Shown: positions 7,447-17,620 of the stretch, piece after piece
Numbering within the stretch: position 1 is the first letter of the stretch
Layout of the letters: each line of letters starts with the position of its first letter
Assembly (NCBI GenBank): GCA_025453445.1
Contig: JALOQJ010000001.1
Coordinates: forward strand, 9,155-73,154
Length of the DNA: 64,000 nucleotides
Direction: 5' to 3'
Origin: Candidatus Omnitrophota bacterium
GTDB taxonomy: Bacteria > Omnitrophota > Gorgyraeia > Gygaellales > Profunditerraquicolaceae
The notes under the pieces: model-generated
The model's input: the letters and a program-made list of their open reading frames with translations, nothing else
Told to the model about the DNA's origin: nothing
Database searches by the model: none
Position numbers and translations under genes: made by a program

Positions 7447-9219
7447 TTAATCTTTTTTCAACGGCTGATAAGGCCTTCCACTCCAAGACACGCTGGCATG
7501 GCCGCTGAATTCCAAAACATTAAGCCTAATACCGTGTACTATTACAGACATCGGGCCAAGGACAAGGTTCAAAGCATGGCCCATTATAATTATAATCGCG
7601 CTTAAAATCAAAGCGAAAAAACTTCCCCTCCCAACATTGCCTGCCATGGCATTGAATGTATCGGCGATCGCCACACCTGCCAAGCCTACGGCAAAAAGGC
7701 GCACGTAAGAAACTACGTCGGTAAAATTGTTCATTAGGCTCAGAGCTACTGTTCCTAAGCCGCTGCCGATACATTTCAAAATATTTTTTTGCGGATTACT
7801 AAATAGAACTACTAAGGCGATACTAATACTCACCATCAATATTCCGAAACCCGGGAAGATATCGCCTAAAATCAGCGTATTCGCCAGAAAAAATGCTGTC
7901 CAAAGTACCCCAATCCAGCCAAAATCTGCCAACGCGGTCAAGGAAGGTAATTTAACTGCGATGCGCCAGGAATGTGCAATGGTTAATTGCAGCGCCCCGA
8001 GAAAAAAACAAAAACGCTGGGCGATTTGAGCATTGTTTAAACCCGGCAGGAGCGGCTTTAAACCTGAATGCATCAGCCAAGCTTGCCCGAAAAATGTTCC
8101 GGTCAACAACCCCCATATAATAGCGCAAAAACTTAAGAGATAAAAGAGAAAAAATGCTGACTTATCGCGGATTTTTTTGCCTAATTTTTTATGCAACCAA
8201 AAGGTGAGAATAAAATACACTGCGCCATAACCGGCATCACCGATTAACATACCGAAAAAAAGGCTTAAGAATATTAAAAATACCGGACTGATATCCAATT
8301 CATGATAACCGGGAACAATCTCCAACAGCTTAAAAACCGGTTGCATCAACCGGAAAAAACGGCCGCTACGCAACAAAACAGGCACATCCTCATCGTCGGA
8401 AGGCTCACTGATTACAATACCCCATTGTTTAATCTTAGCCTGAGAGAATAATTTATCAACAGCATCAAACGGAATATAGCCGGTTACATAGGAAAGCGTA
8501 CCTGTGCTGCCCATACCGGCAATCGCTTGCAGGAATTCGATTTCTTTCTCCAATCTTTTCCGTTCTCTGAGAAACGCCGCGGCCAAACGTAAATTACGGT
8601 CAATATCATACCCCAATTCTTTGATAACTCTTTCTTCCTCCACAAGCCTCAAGCGCATTGCTAAGAGGCCTTGTTTAGGCAATACTATTTCTTTGAACGG
8701 GCAATCAAATTTAGCAAGCGAAACAACTACGCAATAGCCGAATCCTGAGCGCGTGAAAAGCGGGCTTACAAAAACTCCTTGCGGAAAATCTTTTATTTGG
8801 CGCAAAGGTACATGATATAACCTAAGGTATACGCCTTTTTCTGCCAACTGGAGTATTTTTTCAGGCGAAAAATCCCCCCAAGCCTCCCAATCGCTGATTT
8901 GCTGCCGGAGATTCCGGGCAAAGGATTCTAGTTGATCGCGCCTTTTCGCCAAATCAATAATGTGCCGGGCCTTTAGTTTCCATCCATCGGGAATTTCCGG
9001 CTCCTGCATGGCCTTTTTTTTATTTTCTGCAGCCTGAGAAATAATTGCCAGGCAATTATCCAAAAGGGTTAAATTATCCCGCAGGACATTTATATCCTGG
9101 CTCTGTGCCGGATTTTGATGTTCGATATGTAAAAAACCTAAAGCGCGTAACTCATCCAATGCGCTCCAGCTGTCTTTCTGCTGGATAATTACCGTTGCTT
9201 TTTTCATCGGGACAATCAT
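7447..9219 (-). CDS. ntpI: V/A-type ATPase subunit I
   Basis: FFGMLIGDAGYG, SYVRLFAVGLA, HGIRLNVLEF. Confidence 0.95.
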   Translation of the reverse strand: MIVPMKKATVIIQQKDSWSALDELRALGFLHIEHQNPAQSQDINVLRDNLTLLDNCLAIISQAAENKKKAMQEPEIPDGWKLKARHIIDLAKRRDQLESFARNLRQQISDWEAWGDFSPEKILQLAEKGVYLRLYHVPLRQIKDFPQGVFVSPLFTRSGFGYCVVVSLAKFDCPFKEIVLPKQGLLAMRLRLVEEERVIKELGYDIDRNLRLAAAFLRERKRLEKEIEFLQAIAGMGSTGTLSYVTGYIPFDAVDKLFSQAKIKQWGIVISEPSDDEDVPVLLRSGRFFRLMQPVFKLLEIVPGYHELDISPVFLIFLSLFFGMLIGDAGYGAVYFILTFWLHKKLGKKIRDKSAFFLFYLLSFCAIIWGLLTGTFFGQAWLMHSGLKPLLPGLNNAQIAQRFCFFLGALQLTIAHSWRIAVKLPSLTALADFGWIGVLWTAFFLANTLILGDIFPGFGILMVSISIALVVLFSNPQKNILKCIGSGLGTVALSLMNNFTDVVSYVRLFAVGLAGVAIADTFNAMAGNVGRGSFFALILSAIIIIMGHALNLVLGPMSVIVHGIRLNVLEFSGHASVSWSGRPYQPLKKD

Positions 9220-9830
9220 ATTGCCACCTCTAGCATATCCGCTTCAATCTTATTTTTGGCAATTTTGCTGCGTCCGACGGCATTGCTCATCTGATCGCCG
9301 ATATAAATTTTAATCCTCCGGATTGCTTCTGTCGCCTCGGGGATCTTAACTTTTTCAAAAAGATTGACCCGTTGCGTAGTAATGCGCAATTCTGCCTTCA
9401 GAATAACTATGCCCTGCTCTATCAAATTAATTTCCTGCCTTAAAGCACCGATTCCTTTTAAGGCCTCTATGGCCGCATCTACCCAAAGCGGCGTTAAAAA
9501 CAAGTCGTATTCAGCAACTTCAAAATCTATTGACTGAAAAACCGGAATATCCACTCCGGCAACATTTTTCTCTGTAGCCATTACCTTTTTAACTTTCAGC
9601 AGGCCAGATAAAAACGCTTGCTCGCCGCTGAACAACCCTGCCCATGCCACGAGTGCGGCCTTTTTAGCACTAATATCTTTTTGCCTTTCCTCTAAAAAAT
9701 GGTATTGCTGCAGAATCTCCAGTTGCAATTGTTGTTTTTTTAACTGCAAGGTCGGCAAGTACCGCTCATATTGTTTTAAGTCATCCCGCTGCCGTTTCAG
9801 TTCACCTTTAGTTAATTTTATTCTCGCCAT
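9216..9830 (-). CDS. ntpD: V/A-type ATPase subunit D
   Basis: LPTLQLKK, ELRITTQRVNLFEKVKIP. Confidence 0.95.
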   Translation of the reverse strand: MARIKLTKGELKRQRDDLKQYERYLPTLQLKKQQLQLEILQQYHFLEERQKDISAKKAALVAWAGLFSGEQAFLSGLLKVKKVMATEKNVAGVDIPVFQSIDFEVAEYDLFLTPLWVDAAIEALKGIGALRQEINLIEQGIVILKAELRITTQRVNLFEKVKIPEATEAIRRIKIYIGDQMSNAVGRSKIAKNKIEADMLEVAI

Positions 9831-9840
9831 ATTAACATCT

Positions 9841-9878
9841 GTGGGGCGGGTTTAAACCCGCCCCACCTCTGTGTATAA
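9841..9878. repeat. REP-like hairpin plus DnaA box (copy 2)
   Basis: GTGGGGCGGGTTTAAACCCGCCCCAC-CTC-TGTGTATAA. Confidence 0.8.
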
Positions 9879-9882
9879 TTTA

Positions 9883-11181
9883 TTATTGCCTATTCGGCCA
9901 ATATTTCTCAATCATCGACTTCTTAATTCCGGTTTCCTCAGGAGAGAAACACTCTGCCATAATCCGCCACCCCTCATCAAGGGCTTTCTCGAGGGGAATA
10001 TTTACTTTTAATGACATCATTTTCTCTTCAAAAATTTTTCCGTAGCGCAGCAGTTTATTATCCCAGCTGCTCATCTGAAAACCCATTGCCCGCTTTTCCA
10101 GCGCCTGGCGATAACTGGCAAAGAGCTGAATCATTGTATCCATAATCGTCCTGTGGTCATCGCGGGTTTTACCATTTACCTGCTGCTTTAGCCGGCTTAA
10201 TGACCCAAATGGCTCAATCACTGCGTTCTTCAAATAAAACTGGCCTTCAGTAATGTAGCCGGTATTATCCGGCACTGGATGTGTCACATCATCACCGGGC
10301 ATAGTAGTCACTGCCAAGATAGTAATTGATCCGGCATTATCAAAATCAACTGCTTTTTCATAACGCGCTGCCAATTGGCTGTATAAATCTCCGGGATAAC
10401 CGCGGTTAGAAGGAATCTGCTCCATGGTGATAGCAATTTCTTTTAAGGAATCGCAGAAATTGGTCATATCTGTCAGTAGAACCAAAACTCGCTTGCCTTC
10501 TAAAGCAAAAGCTTCTGCCACTGCCAGGCTGATATCAGGCACAAGCAGGCATTCTACAATTGGATCTGCTGCAGTATGCACAAACATAATCGAGCGGGAA
10601 AGAGCGCCGTGTTGCTGCAGGGTATTCCTGAAAAAGAGGTAATCGTCGTATTTCAGGCCCAGCCCGCCTAAAATAATAATATCCACTTCAGATTGAATAG
10701 CAATCCGCGCCAATAATTCATTATAAGGCTCTCCGGGAATAGAAAATATCGGTAATTTCTGCGACTCGACCAGGCTGTTAAAAACATCGATCATCGGAAT
10801 ACCGGTGCGGATCATCCTACGCGGGATAACTCTTTTCACCGGATTCACCGGCGGAGTGCCGATATCAATAAGATTATCTGATAATTGAGGGCCGTTATCC
10901 AAGGGTGTGCCGCTGCCGTTAAAAATGCGGCCCAATAAATCATGCCCTGAAGCTACGCGCATGGCATGGCCAAAAAATTTCACCTTATCTCCTGTAGAAA
11001 CCCCGCGGCTTCCGGAAAAAACCTGTAAATATACTTTTTTCCCGTCGATACGGATAACTTGCGCCAGGGAAATGCCGAATCTTGTGGACACTTGAGCAAT
11101 ATCAGAATACCCTACGCCTTCTGCTTCTACAGTAATTACGTCCCCGGAAATCTGAATAATATTAGTGTATACTTTCTGCAT
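9883..11181 (-). CDS. ntpB: V/A-type ATPase subunit B
   Basis: [32 protein letters not shown]. Confidence 0.97.
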   Translation of the reverse strand: MQKVYTNIIQISGDVITVEAEGVGYSDIAQVSTRFGISLAQVIRIDGKKVYLQVFSGSRGVSTGDKVKFFGHAMRVASGHDLLGRIFNGSGTPLDNGPQLSDNLIDIGTPPVNPVKRVIPRRMIRTGIPMIDVFNSLVESQKLPIFSIPGEPYNELLARIAIQSEVDIIILGGLGLKYDDYLFFRNTLQQHGALSRSIMFVHTAADPIVECLLVPDISLAVAEAFALEGKRVLVLLTDMTNFCDSLKEIAITMEQIPSNRGYPGDLYSQLAARYEKAVDFDNAGSITILAVTTMPGDDVTHPVPDNTGYITEGQFYLKNAVIEPFGSLSRLKQQVNGKTRDDHRTIMDTMIQLFASYRQALEKRAMGFQMSSWDNKLLRYGKIFEEKMMSLKVNIPLEKALDEGWRIMAECFSPEETGIKKSMIEKYWPNRQ

Positions 11182-11191
11182 TGTCTTCCTT

Positions 11192-12931
11192 TTAAATTTT
11201 AGCTGCTACTTTTTCTTTTATCAGCGCGCGGATTTCCGCTTCGTTATTTTTAAACTCCGCGCTTAAATACGCATTGGAATTCCATCCTTTAAAAAGCTGC
11301 CTTAACTGTTGAAAATAATGCAAGGCTTCGTCTTTGGAAGTAAAAGAAAAATCCGTCTCTAATATCTGGTAGATAAAATTAAAGACATAAATCTGCCTTT
11401 CTTTAGGAGTAGCTTCATCCACCGGATCAAAAGCATTCTGCTGCAAATATACAAAATCAAAAAATTCACCCTTCAGGTAATCAATATAATCCTCAAGCGA
11501 CGTACCTTCCTCACCTATAACTTTCATCATTTGAGCGACATCAAAACTTTTGCGCAAAATATTATGCCCTGCTTCTTTTTGCTTCTCGTCAATAAAACTC
11601 CTGTATTTGCTCCAACTCAGCAATGGATCAATTGCCGGATAGCGCCTTGCATCTGAACGTTCGCGGGAAAGCCCGTGAAATGCGCCCACGACTTTTAAAG
11701 TTGCCTGAGTTACTGGTTCTTCAAAGTTCCCTCCGGCAGGGCTGACTGCCCCTCCGATAGTAACTGATCCGAGGCTGTTGTCATATAATTTTACTAAACC
11801 CGCCCGTTCATAGAACGAAGCGATACGCGACTCTAAATATGCTGGGAATGCTTCTTCCCCGGGAATTTCTTCCAGCCTGCCGGACATTTCGCGCATTGCC
11901 TGTGCCCAGCGCGAAGTTGAATCTGCTAAAAGTAAAACATTCAGCCCCATTTGGCGGTAATATTCAGCAATAGTTACAGCAGTGTAGACACTGGACTCCC
12001 TTGCAGCAACCGGCATAGAACTGGTATTACAGATAATTACCGTGCGATCCATCAAAGGCCGTGCAGTGCGCGGGTCAATTAATTCAGGAAATGTTTTTAA
12101 AGTTTCCACAACTTCCCCTGCGCGCTCACCGCAGGCAGCAATTACCACAACATCCACTTCTGCGTGGCGGCTGGTAAGCTGTTGTAAAACGGTTTTACCT
12201 GCGCCAAAAGGCCCGGGGATACAATACGTACCGCCCTTAGCCACAGGAAACAGCGAATCAATTAAACGCATTTTAGTTACCAGCGGCTCGTCGGGCTGAA
12301 GTTTTTCTTTGTAGGCTTTAATTGGGATTTTTACCGGCCAATACTGGCTTAAATAAACCGGATGGATTTTCCCGTCAGCATCTTTAATTTTAGCAACCGG
12401 CGATTTTAGATTATACCGTCCGGCAGGGACAATTTCCAGCACTTCAGAAATTCCCTGCATACCAAAAGGAGTCATAATCCTGTGTTGAAAGATTTTTTCC
12501 GGCACCACCCCTATTTTTTCTCCCGGCCGCAACTTATCTCCCGGGCTGACGCAGGGAGTAAAATCCCATTGTTCGTCGGCAACAAGCGGATCAAGGTACA
12601 GCCCGCGCTTTAAGAAAAATCCTGTTTTCTCCGCTAATAAAGGAAGCGGATTCTGTAATCCATCGAAAATCTGGCCTAACAGCCCGGGGCCAAGCTCCAC
12701 GGAAAGCAGCTCTCCGCTGAATTCAACTTCATCGTTAATCTTCAAACCGCTTGTATTTTCATAAACCTGCATTTCGGCGAGGTTTCCCTTAATCCGGATT
12801 ACTTCTGATTTTAATTTCTGCTCGCCGTGCACAACATAAGCCACTTCGTTCTGCACTACAAAAGTATCAAATTCTGTAGTAACCATATTGGCATTAATTT
12901 TTGCGATTCTGCCTTTTCTCTGTGTCTGCAT
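11192..12931 (-). CDS. ntpA: V/A-type ATPase subunit A
   Basis: Walker [25 protein letters not shown]. Confidence 0.97.
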   Translation of the reverse strand: MQTQRKGRIAKINANMVTTEFDTFVVQNEVAYVVHGEQKLKSEVIRIKGNLAEMQVYENTSGLKINDEVEFSGELLSVELGPGLLGQIFDGLQNPLPLLAEKTGFFLKRGLYLDPLVADEQWDFTPCVSPGDKLRPGEKIGVVPEKIFQHRIMTPFGMQGISEVLEIVPAGRYNLKSPVAKIKDADGKIHPVYLSQYWPVKIPIKAYKEKLQPDEPLVTKMRLIDSLFPVAKGGTYCIPGPFGAGKTVLQQLTSRHAEVDVVVIAACGERAGEVVETLKTFPELIDPRTARPLMDRTVIICNTSSMPVAARESSVYTAVTIAEYYRQMGLNVLLLADSTSRWAQAMREMSGRLEEIPGEEAFPAYLESRIASFYERAGLVKLYDNSLGSVTIGGAVSPAGGNFEEPVTQATLKVVGAFHGLSRERSDARRYPAIDPLLSWSKYRSFIDEKQKEAGHNILRKSFDVAQMMKVIGEEGTSLEDYIDYLKGEFFDFVYLQQNAFDPVDEATPKERQIYVFNFIYQILETDFSFTSKDEALHYFQQLRQLFKGWNSNAYLSAEFKNNEAEIRALIKEKVAAKI

Positions 12932-12941
12932 AAGATCCCTC

Positions 12942-13475
12942 TTAAATGTTAGAAAGTGTATTTTCCATTAAAGTATTTTTATCTGCAGCCTGTATTTTTT
13001 CCCAGTGCGCTAAAATCTTCAACTTATAGGCGTAGGTAATCAGTTGCTGGAGGTTAAAAAAATTACCCACTGCCAGCTCATCCAGTAAGCGCCAGCGCTC
13101 ATGGTCTAAAATCTTTTCTGCTTCAAGCGGCGATGGACTCCTCTGCGCTGCTGAAGCTGCCTGCGCTAAAGCAGCATCCAGGTATCCGTCGCCACGTAAA
13201 TATTTCGCAGCATCAATATGCTTACGGCTGGAACGAATCTTTACCAGTTCATTGCGTAATGCCGTATCCATGGCAACCCATTGTTTCACTAATGGATATT
13301 CTGAAACTATTAAATCATAATCAGTTGCCGCCGGAAGATTTTTTAATATTTGACTGTCTTCTTCAGGGACAAATTCTTTACAGAGTTCCAAAAAACGCTC
13401 GAAAGAAAATGGCGGTTTCATCCCGAAATGCAAAACCGGCAGGCTGGAAATAAGATAAACGTAAAATGACCCCAT
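12942..13475 (-). CDS. DUF2764 V-ATPase-associated (subunit C-like) protein
   Basis: YLISSLP, LRNELVKIR; lies between subunits E and A. Confidence 0.75.
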   Translation of the reverse strand: MGSFYVYLISSLPVLHFGMKPPFSFERFLELCKEFVPEEDSQILKNLPAATDYDLIVSEYPLVKQWVAMDTALRNELVKIRSSRKHIDAAKYLRGDGYLDAALAQAASAAQRSPSPLEAEKILDHERWRLLDELAVGNFFNLQQLITYAYKLKILAHWEKIQAADKNTLMENTLSNI

Positions 13476-14081
13476 TTAAACTATCTCTGTTAACCTCTGA
13501 TTTAATTCCGGCTTAAGGCAAGTGCCGATATATTCTGCCAGCGCTTTATCTGTAAAATCATATTCTGATTTTCCACCGTCATAGCTGATGGTAAAGCCAC
13601 CGCGGATTTCTTCGGATGATTTTAAAGTCACGCCCTGCCGTGTCTCTTCTTTTAATTTGGGCAGGAATTCTTTCTCTAAAACGTGCAGGTCTTCTTTTTT
13701 TAAACTGATAATAATATTTTGTTTGCCTTTTTCGAAAGAACTAGAAACCATCTTGCTTAAGATATCCGATAACACGCCGTGATCAAGCCCGCGGTGCACA
13801 TCAGAAAGAATAATTTTATCGAGCATAACATTAATCTCTTTTTTTAAAGAGAGCAGGACGTCACGCGCTGCCTGCGCCAGCAAAGCGTTTTCTTTTGTCT
13901 TTGCCCGTTCGCTTTTTTCCTTGGCTGAAGAAATTATAATTTCTGCTTCCTGTTTTGCCTGTTCGATAATATTACATGTCTTTTTCAGCGCTTCGTTTTC
14001 AATCTGCCTGGCTTTTTCTTGGGCTGCTACAACACCTTCCTGATTGATTTTTTCGATTAAATTTTTAATCTCTTCTGTCAT
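13476..14081 (-). CDS. ntpE: V/A-type ATPase subunit E (start corrected to MTEE)
   Basis: LIEKINQEGV, GGF...YDFTD.ALAE; GGAG RBS before ATG 14081. Confidence 0.85.
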   Translation of the reverse strand: MTEEIKNLIEKINQEGVVAAQEKARQIENEALKKTCNIIEQAKQEAEIIISSAKEKSERAKTKENALLAQAARDVLLSLKKEINVMLDKIILSDVHRGLDHGVLSDILSKMVSSSFEKGKQNIIISLKKEDLHVLEKEFLPKLKEETRQGVTLKSSEEIRGGFTISYDGGKSEYDFTDKALAEYIGTCLKPELNQRLTEIV

Positions 14082-14095
14082 GACAATCTCCCGTC

Positions 14096-14182
14096 TGTCA
14101 TTGCGAGGGAGCACAGCGACCGAAGCAATCCTGTTTTTGAGATTGCTTCCTGCTTCGGCTTCGCCTCGCAGTCGCAATGACA
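14096..14182. repeat. GTCATTGCGAG...TCGCAATGAC palindromic element (copy 1)
   Basis: Terminal inverted repeats plus inner GAAGCAATC/GATTGCTTC stem; second copy at 55965-56035. Confidence 0.85.
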
Positions 14183-14183
14183 A

Positions 14184-14942
14184 TTAGTGTGTTTCCATTA
14201 ATAACCCCGCAACTGCTTTTAGCGGATCCTTTGCCTCCAATATCGGCCTACCTACGACTATATAGGTAGCTCCTGCTTCAATCGCCTCTTTTGCTGTCGC
14301 AACCCTCTTCTGGTCATCCACAGCTACTCCCTTAGGTCTTATCCCAGGAGTCACAATGATAAAATCTTTACCAAATTCTGTTCTTATTTTTTTAGCTTCG
14401 TAGGCTGAACATACTACACCATCAAGGCCAGCTTCTTTCGCATTTCTCGCCGATTCTAAAACTTCTTCTTCTGTAGCTAGCCTACTGGTCAAGACCGTAA
14501 CACCGATAATAAAAGGTCTATCAATATTTAACTCTCTAGCTTTTACGGTTGCTCCTTCTACTGCTTGTTTAAGCATTTCTGTCCCGCCTTGAATATGGAC
14601 TGTCATCATAAAAACCGGAAAAGCTGTCGCTTTTTTCACCTGCTCTTTAATCTTTATTTCGCCTGATCCGGACAGAATTGAATGTAATGCTATAGTACTC
14701 GCAGTACCCGAGGCTACGGCACTATATACAGTTTTTGGAATATCATAAAATTTTAGATCTAAAAATACCCGGCCACCTTTTTCTCCAATCATTTTTATAG
14801 CATCTTGGCCGCAAGAAGTAAATAACTGGCTGCCAATTTTATAAAATTTAACCTTATCGCCAAGGACATCTACGATTTTCTTTGCTTTTTCTAATGTATC
14901 CACGTCCAAAGCTACAATTAATTTATCTTTTAATTCTGACAT
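14184..14942 (-). CDS. pyrF: Orotidine-5'-phosphate decarboxylase
   Basis: IVALD, FLDLKFYDIP, VTPGIRP, VVGRPI. Confidence 0.95.
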   Translation of the reverse strand: MSELKDKLIVALDVDTLEKAKKIVDVLGDKVKFYKIGSQLFTSCGQDAIKMIGEKGGRVFLDLKFYDIPKTVYSAVASGTASTIALHSILSGSGEIKIKEQVKKATAFPVFMMTVHIQGGTEMLKQAVEGATVKARELNIDRPFIIGVTVLTSRLATEEEVLESARNAKEAGLDGVVCSAYEAKKIRTEFGKDFIIVTPGIRPKGVAVDDQKRVATAKEAIEAGATYIVVGRPILEAKDPLKAVAGLLMETH

Positions 14943-15850
14943 TTTAATGACCCGGTTAATTTTTTTATTGAATCTATATTATGTTCTTGGCAATACTTCT
15001 TGAGGCCACTGATTATTTCAATAGCTGTCCGGGGATTGACAAAATTAGCTGTGCCGATACTCACAGCTGTTGCTCCGGCAAGCATAAATTCCAAAGCATC
15101 ACAGGTATTCATTATCCCGCCCATTCCGATAATAGGAATTTTTACTTTCTGAAAAACTTCCCAGACCATGCGCACAGCTACTGGCCGCACTGCCGGGCCA
15201 CTCAAACCACCGGTAACGCAGGCAAGCTTAGGCATTCTTTTTTCTACATCGATGCATAGGCCGGGTAATGTATTAATTAACGAAACCGCATCGCTTCCTG
15301 CGCTTTCTGCTGCCTGCGCTATATCAGCAATACAAGCAACATTCGGAGACAACTTGGTAATAATTATTTTATGTGTAACCTTACGCACTTCCTTTACCAC
15401 CTCGTAGGTAGAATGCGCATCTTGAGAAATTAATTTGGTTTTCTGCAAATTTGGGCAGGAAATATTCAGTTCCACTGCAGCTACTGTTTTAATTTTATCC
15501 AGCTGCCTGGCTAAAATAACAAGCTCCTGAGGATTATCTTCCGACGATATGCTGATGATCAAAGGTACGCCGATTTTTTGCAAAGCCGGAAGTTTTTCTT
15601 TAATAAATCCTTCCATTCCCGGATTTTCCAAGCCGATGGAATTCAGCATGCCTGAGGGAGTTTCGCAGGTGCGCGGACTAGGATTTCCCTGCCGCGGCTT
15701 CAATGTGATTGTTTTCGTAACAATCGCCCCAAGTTGTTTTAAATCAATAAAATCCTTGAACTCTTCGGCATAACCAAAGGTGCCTGAGGCAACCATTACC
15801 GGGTTTTTGAGTTTTAATTTTCCAATATTAACAGAAAGCTTGTTTTGCAT
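14930..15850 (-). CDS. pyrD: Dihydroorotate dehydrogenase 1B catalytic subunit
   Basis: ASGTFG, NSIGLENPG, ELNISCPN, GGLSGPA. Confidence 0.95.
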   Translation of the reverse strand: MQNKLSVNIGKLKLKNPVMVASGTFGYAEEFKDFIDLKQLGAIVTKTITLKPRQGNPSPRTCETPSGMLNSIGLENPGMEGFIKEKLPALQKIGVPLIISISSEDNPQELVILARQLDKIKTVAAVELNISCPNLQKTKLISQDAHSTYEVVKEVRKVTHKIIITKLSPNVACIADIAQAAESAGSDAVSLINTLPGLCIDVEKRMPKLACVTGGLSGPAVRPVAVRMVWEVFQKVKIPIIGMGGIMNTCDALEFMLAGATAVSIGTANFVNPRTAIEIISGLKKYCQEHNIDSIKKLTGSLKCQN

Positions 15851-15851
15851 T

Positions 15852-16211
15852 CTATTTACCTAAAATCATTTTTAAAGAAATAAGCAGCAGAAAAACGCCG
15901 AATGCTTTTTTTAACACCTGCTCCGGAATATTCTGCACCAGGCCTGCTCCAATATATCCTCCCAGAAAAAATCCCACGCATATTAATGCGGCTACCGATA
16001 TGTTTACGTTACCTGACTGCCAATAACGCAGCGCAGCCAAAAGCCCGATTGGCGGAACCATTGCCGCCAAAATCGTCCCCTGTGCCTGGAGTTGCGTAAA
16101 ACCGGCTAAATATACCAACGCCGGGATAATTACTGAAGCACCACCTATACCAAAAGCCCCTCCGAAAACTCCTGCCACCAAACCCAATAAAATAAACAGC
16201 AATGAACTCAT
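15852..16211 (-). CDS. Half-size TauE/SafE (TSUP) family permease
   Basis: GAFGIGGASVIIPAL, QAQGT; hydrophobic; GGAGG RBS before ATG 16211. Confidence 0.8.
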   Translation of the reverse strand: MSSLLFILLGLVAGVFGGAFGIGGASVIIPALVYLAGFTQLQAQGTILAAMVPPIGLLAALRYWQSGNVNISVAALICVGFFLGGYIGAGLVQNIPEQVLKKAFGVFLLLISLKMILGK

Positions 16212-17035
16212 AAGCCCTCCCAAATTATCTCTCTGCTGTTAAACACCGGGCCTTCTTTACAAACACGCTGAAAACCTGTTGTGGTTTTCACAACACAGCC
16301 TAAGCAAGCGCCGATACCACAACTCATATGCTCCTCAAGAGAAATTTGTGCCGGAATACCATGATCTTGAGAAATCCTGCTAACAGCCTTCAACATCGGC
16401 TTTGGCCCGCAAGCATAAATATAGCTTTGGGCTTTGAGCCCTGAGTTTTCGGATAAAATCTTTTTCAATAAATCTGTTACCCTGCCCCTGGAACCACACG
16501 AGCCGTCATCAGTAACTATTTTAACACTACAGCCTAATTTTTTAAATTCTTTTTCGCAGAGAATCTGACTTTTTGTTCTTGCGCCGATTAAAACCAAAGG
16601 TTTTTGCTGTTTAATCCGCTCTGCCAAAAAATACAGCGGCGCAACTCCCATCCCCCCTGCCACAATAATTGGCTGAAAGCTTCCGCCGAAGGCGGACCCG
16701 CCTGCGGCGGGGATAGCTGAAAGCTGAAAGCTGAATCCATTCCCCAGCGGGCCGATTATATCCAGATATTCCCCGGCTGCTTTATGAGACAATGCTCTTG
16801 TTGCCGGCCCGACTATTTCCACCAAAATATTACAACTCTTGCTGCTAACAGAATGCACGCCTATAGGCCGGCGCAGAAGCAGGCCGTCGCAATCAGGAAC
16901 CCTTACTTCCACAAATTGCCCCGGGCAAGCCGCAGCACTAATTTCTGGCGATACAAAAGTAAGCTTAAAATAATCCCTGCCGATTTTTTTATTGGCTAAG
17001 ATTTTAAAGTTACTCTGTAAAACTTTTTTTATCAT
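16208..17035 (-). CDS. pyrK: Dihydroorotate dehydrogenase electron-transfer subunit
   Basis: PGQF, LRRP, GGMGVAP, CGPKPM, CGIGACLGC...CKEGPVF. Confidence 0.95.
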   Translation of the reverse strand: MIKKVLQSNFKILANKKIGRDYFKLTFVSPEISAAACPGQFVEVRVPDCDGLLLRRPIGVHSVSSKSCNILVEIVGPATRALSHKAAGEYLDIIGPLGNGFSFQLSAIPAAGGSAFGGSFQPIIVAGGMGVAPLYFLAERIKQQKPLVLIGARTKSQILCEKEFKKLGCSVKIVTDDGSCGSRGRVTDLLKKILSENSGLKAQSYIYACGPKPMLKAVSRISQDHGIPAQISLEEHMSCGIGACLGCVVKTTTGFQRVCKEGPVFNSREIIWEGL

Positions 17036-17038
17036 AGT

Positions 17039-17620
17039 CTAAAGATACAGGTGTATCAAAATTTTTATCCCGATGATTAAAACAAGGGTCATTGCTAACG
17101 AAGGAAGTTCTTTCTTGAGCCACGATAATTTAAAAGCAAGATAATCCCCGGGGTTTGTTGCTAATAACTTTTTTATCTTCGGAAAAAACCTCGGGGTCTG
17201 GTTGCAATAATCAATAAACACGCCTTTAAAAAAAATCATCAGCTTAACTTCTTCCTTCCTGATCTGAGGAATATATATTACCAAATAAATTATCAGGAAA
17301 ATAGCACTCACCCACCATCTTAAAAGTGCCATAATAAAACCTATCCCGATGAGCAAAGTGCCCAGATACATCGGGTTACGGGTCAAAGCATAAGGGCCTT
17401 TTACCACAAGAGTTTTACCGTCGGGATTTAATTCTGCTTTCACTCCTCTTGCAGAAATCCGTAATAAATACCCCAGAAGCACCATGCCTAACCCCAGAAT
17501 CTCCCATGCTAAGCCCTGCCCGTGTGCCGGAAGAATATGGCGGTAAAAAATAGCTATCACCGCAAAACCTGCAGCCATTAATAAACCCTGTATTTTTATT
17601 CTTTTTTTCATCTTTGACAA
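17039..17620 (-). CDS. Isoprenylcysteine carboxyl methyltransferase/PEMT-family membrane protein
   Basis: LVVKGPYALTRNPMYLG, EE..L...F...Y...PRF. Confidence 0.85.
   Translation of the reverse strand: MSKMKKRIKIQGLLMAAGFAVIAIFYRHILPAHGQGLAWEILGLGMVLLGYLLRISARGVKAELNPDGKTLVVKGPYALTRNPMYLGTLLIGIGFIMALLRWWVSAIFLIIYLVIYIPQIRKEEVKLMIFFKGVFIDYCNQTPRFFPKIKKLLATNPGDYLAFKLSWLKKELPSLAMTLVLIIGIKILIHLYL

Noticed and set aside
14082-14183. N-terminal extensions of ntpE and pheT (56010-56045) in the ORF track
   Set aside because: They are read-through of the palindromic repeat; homology begins at the downstream ATG
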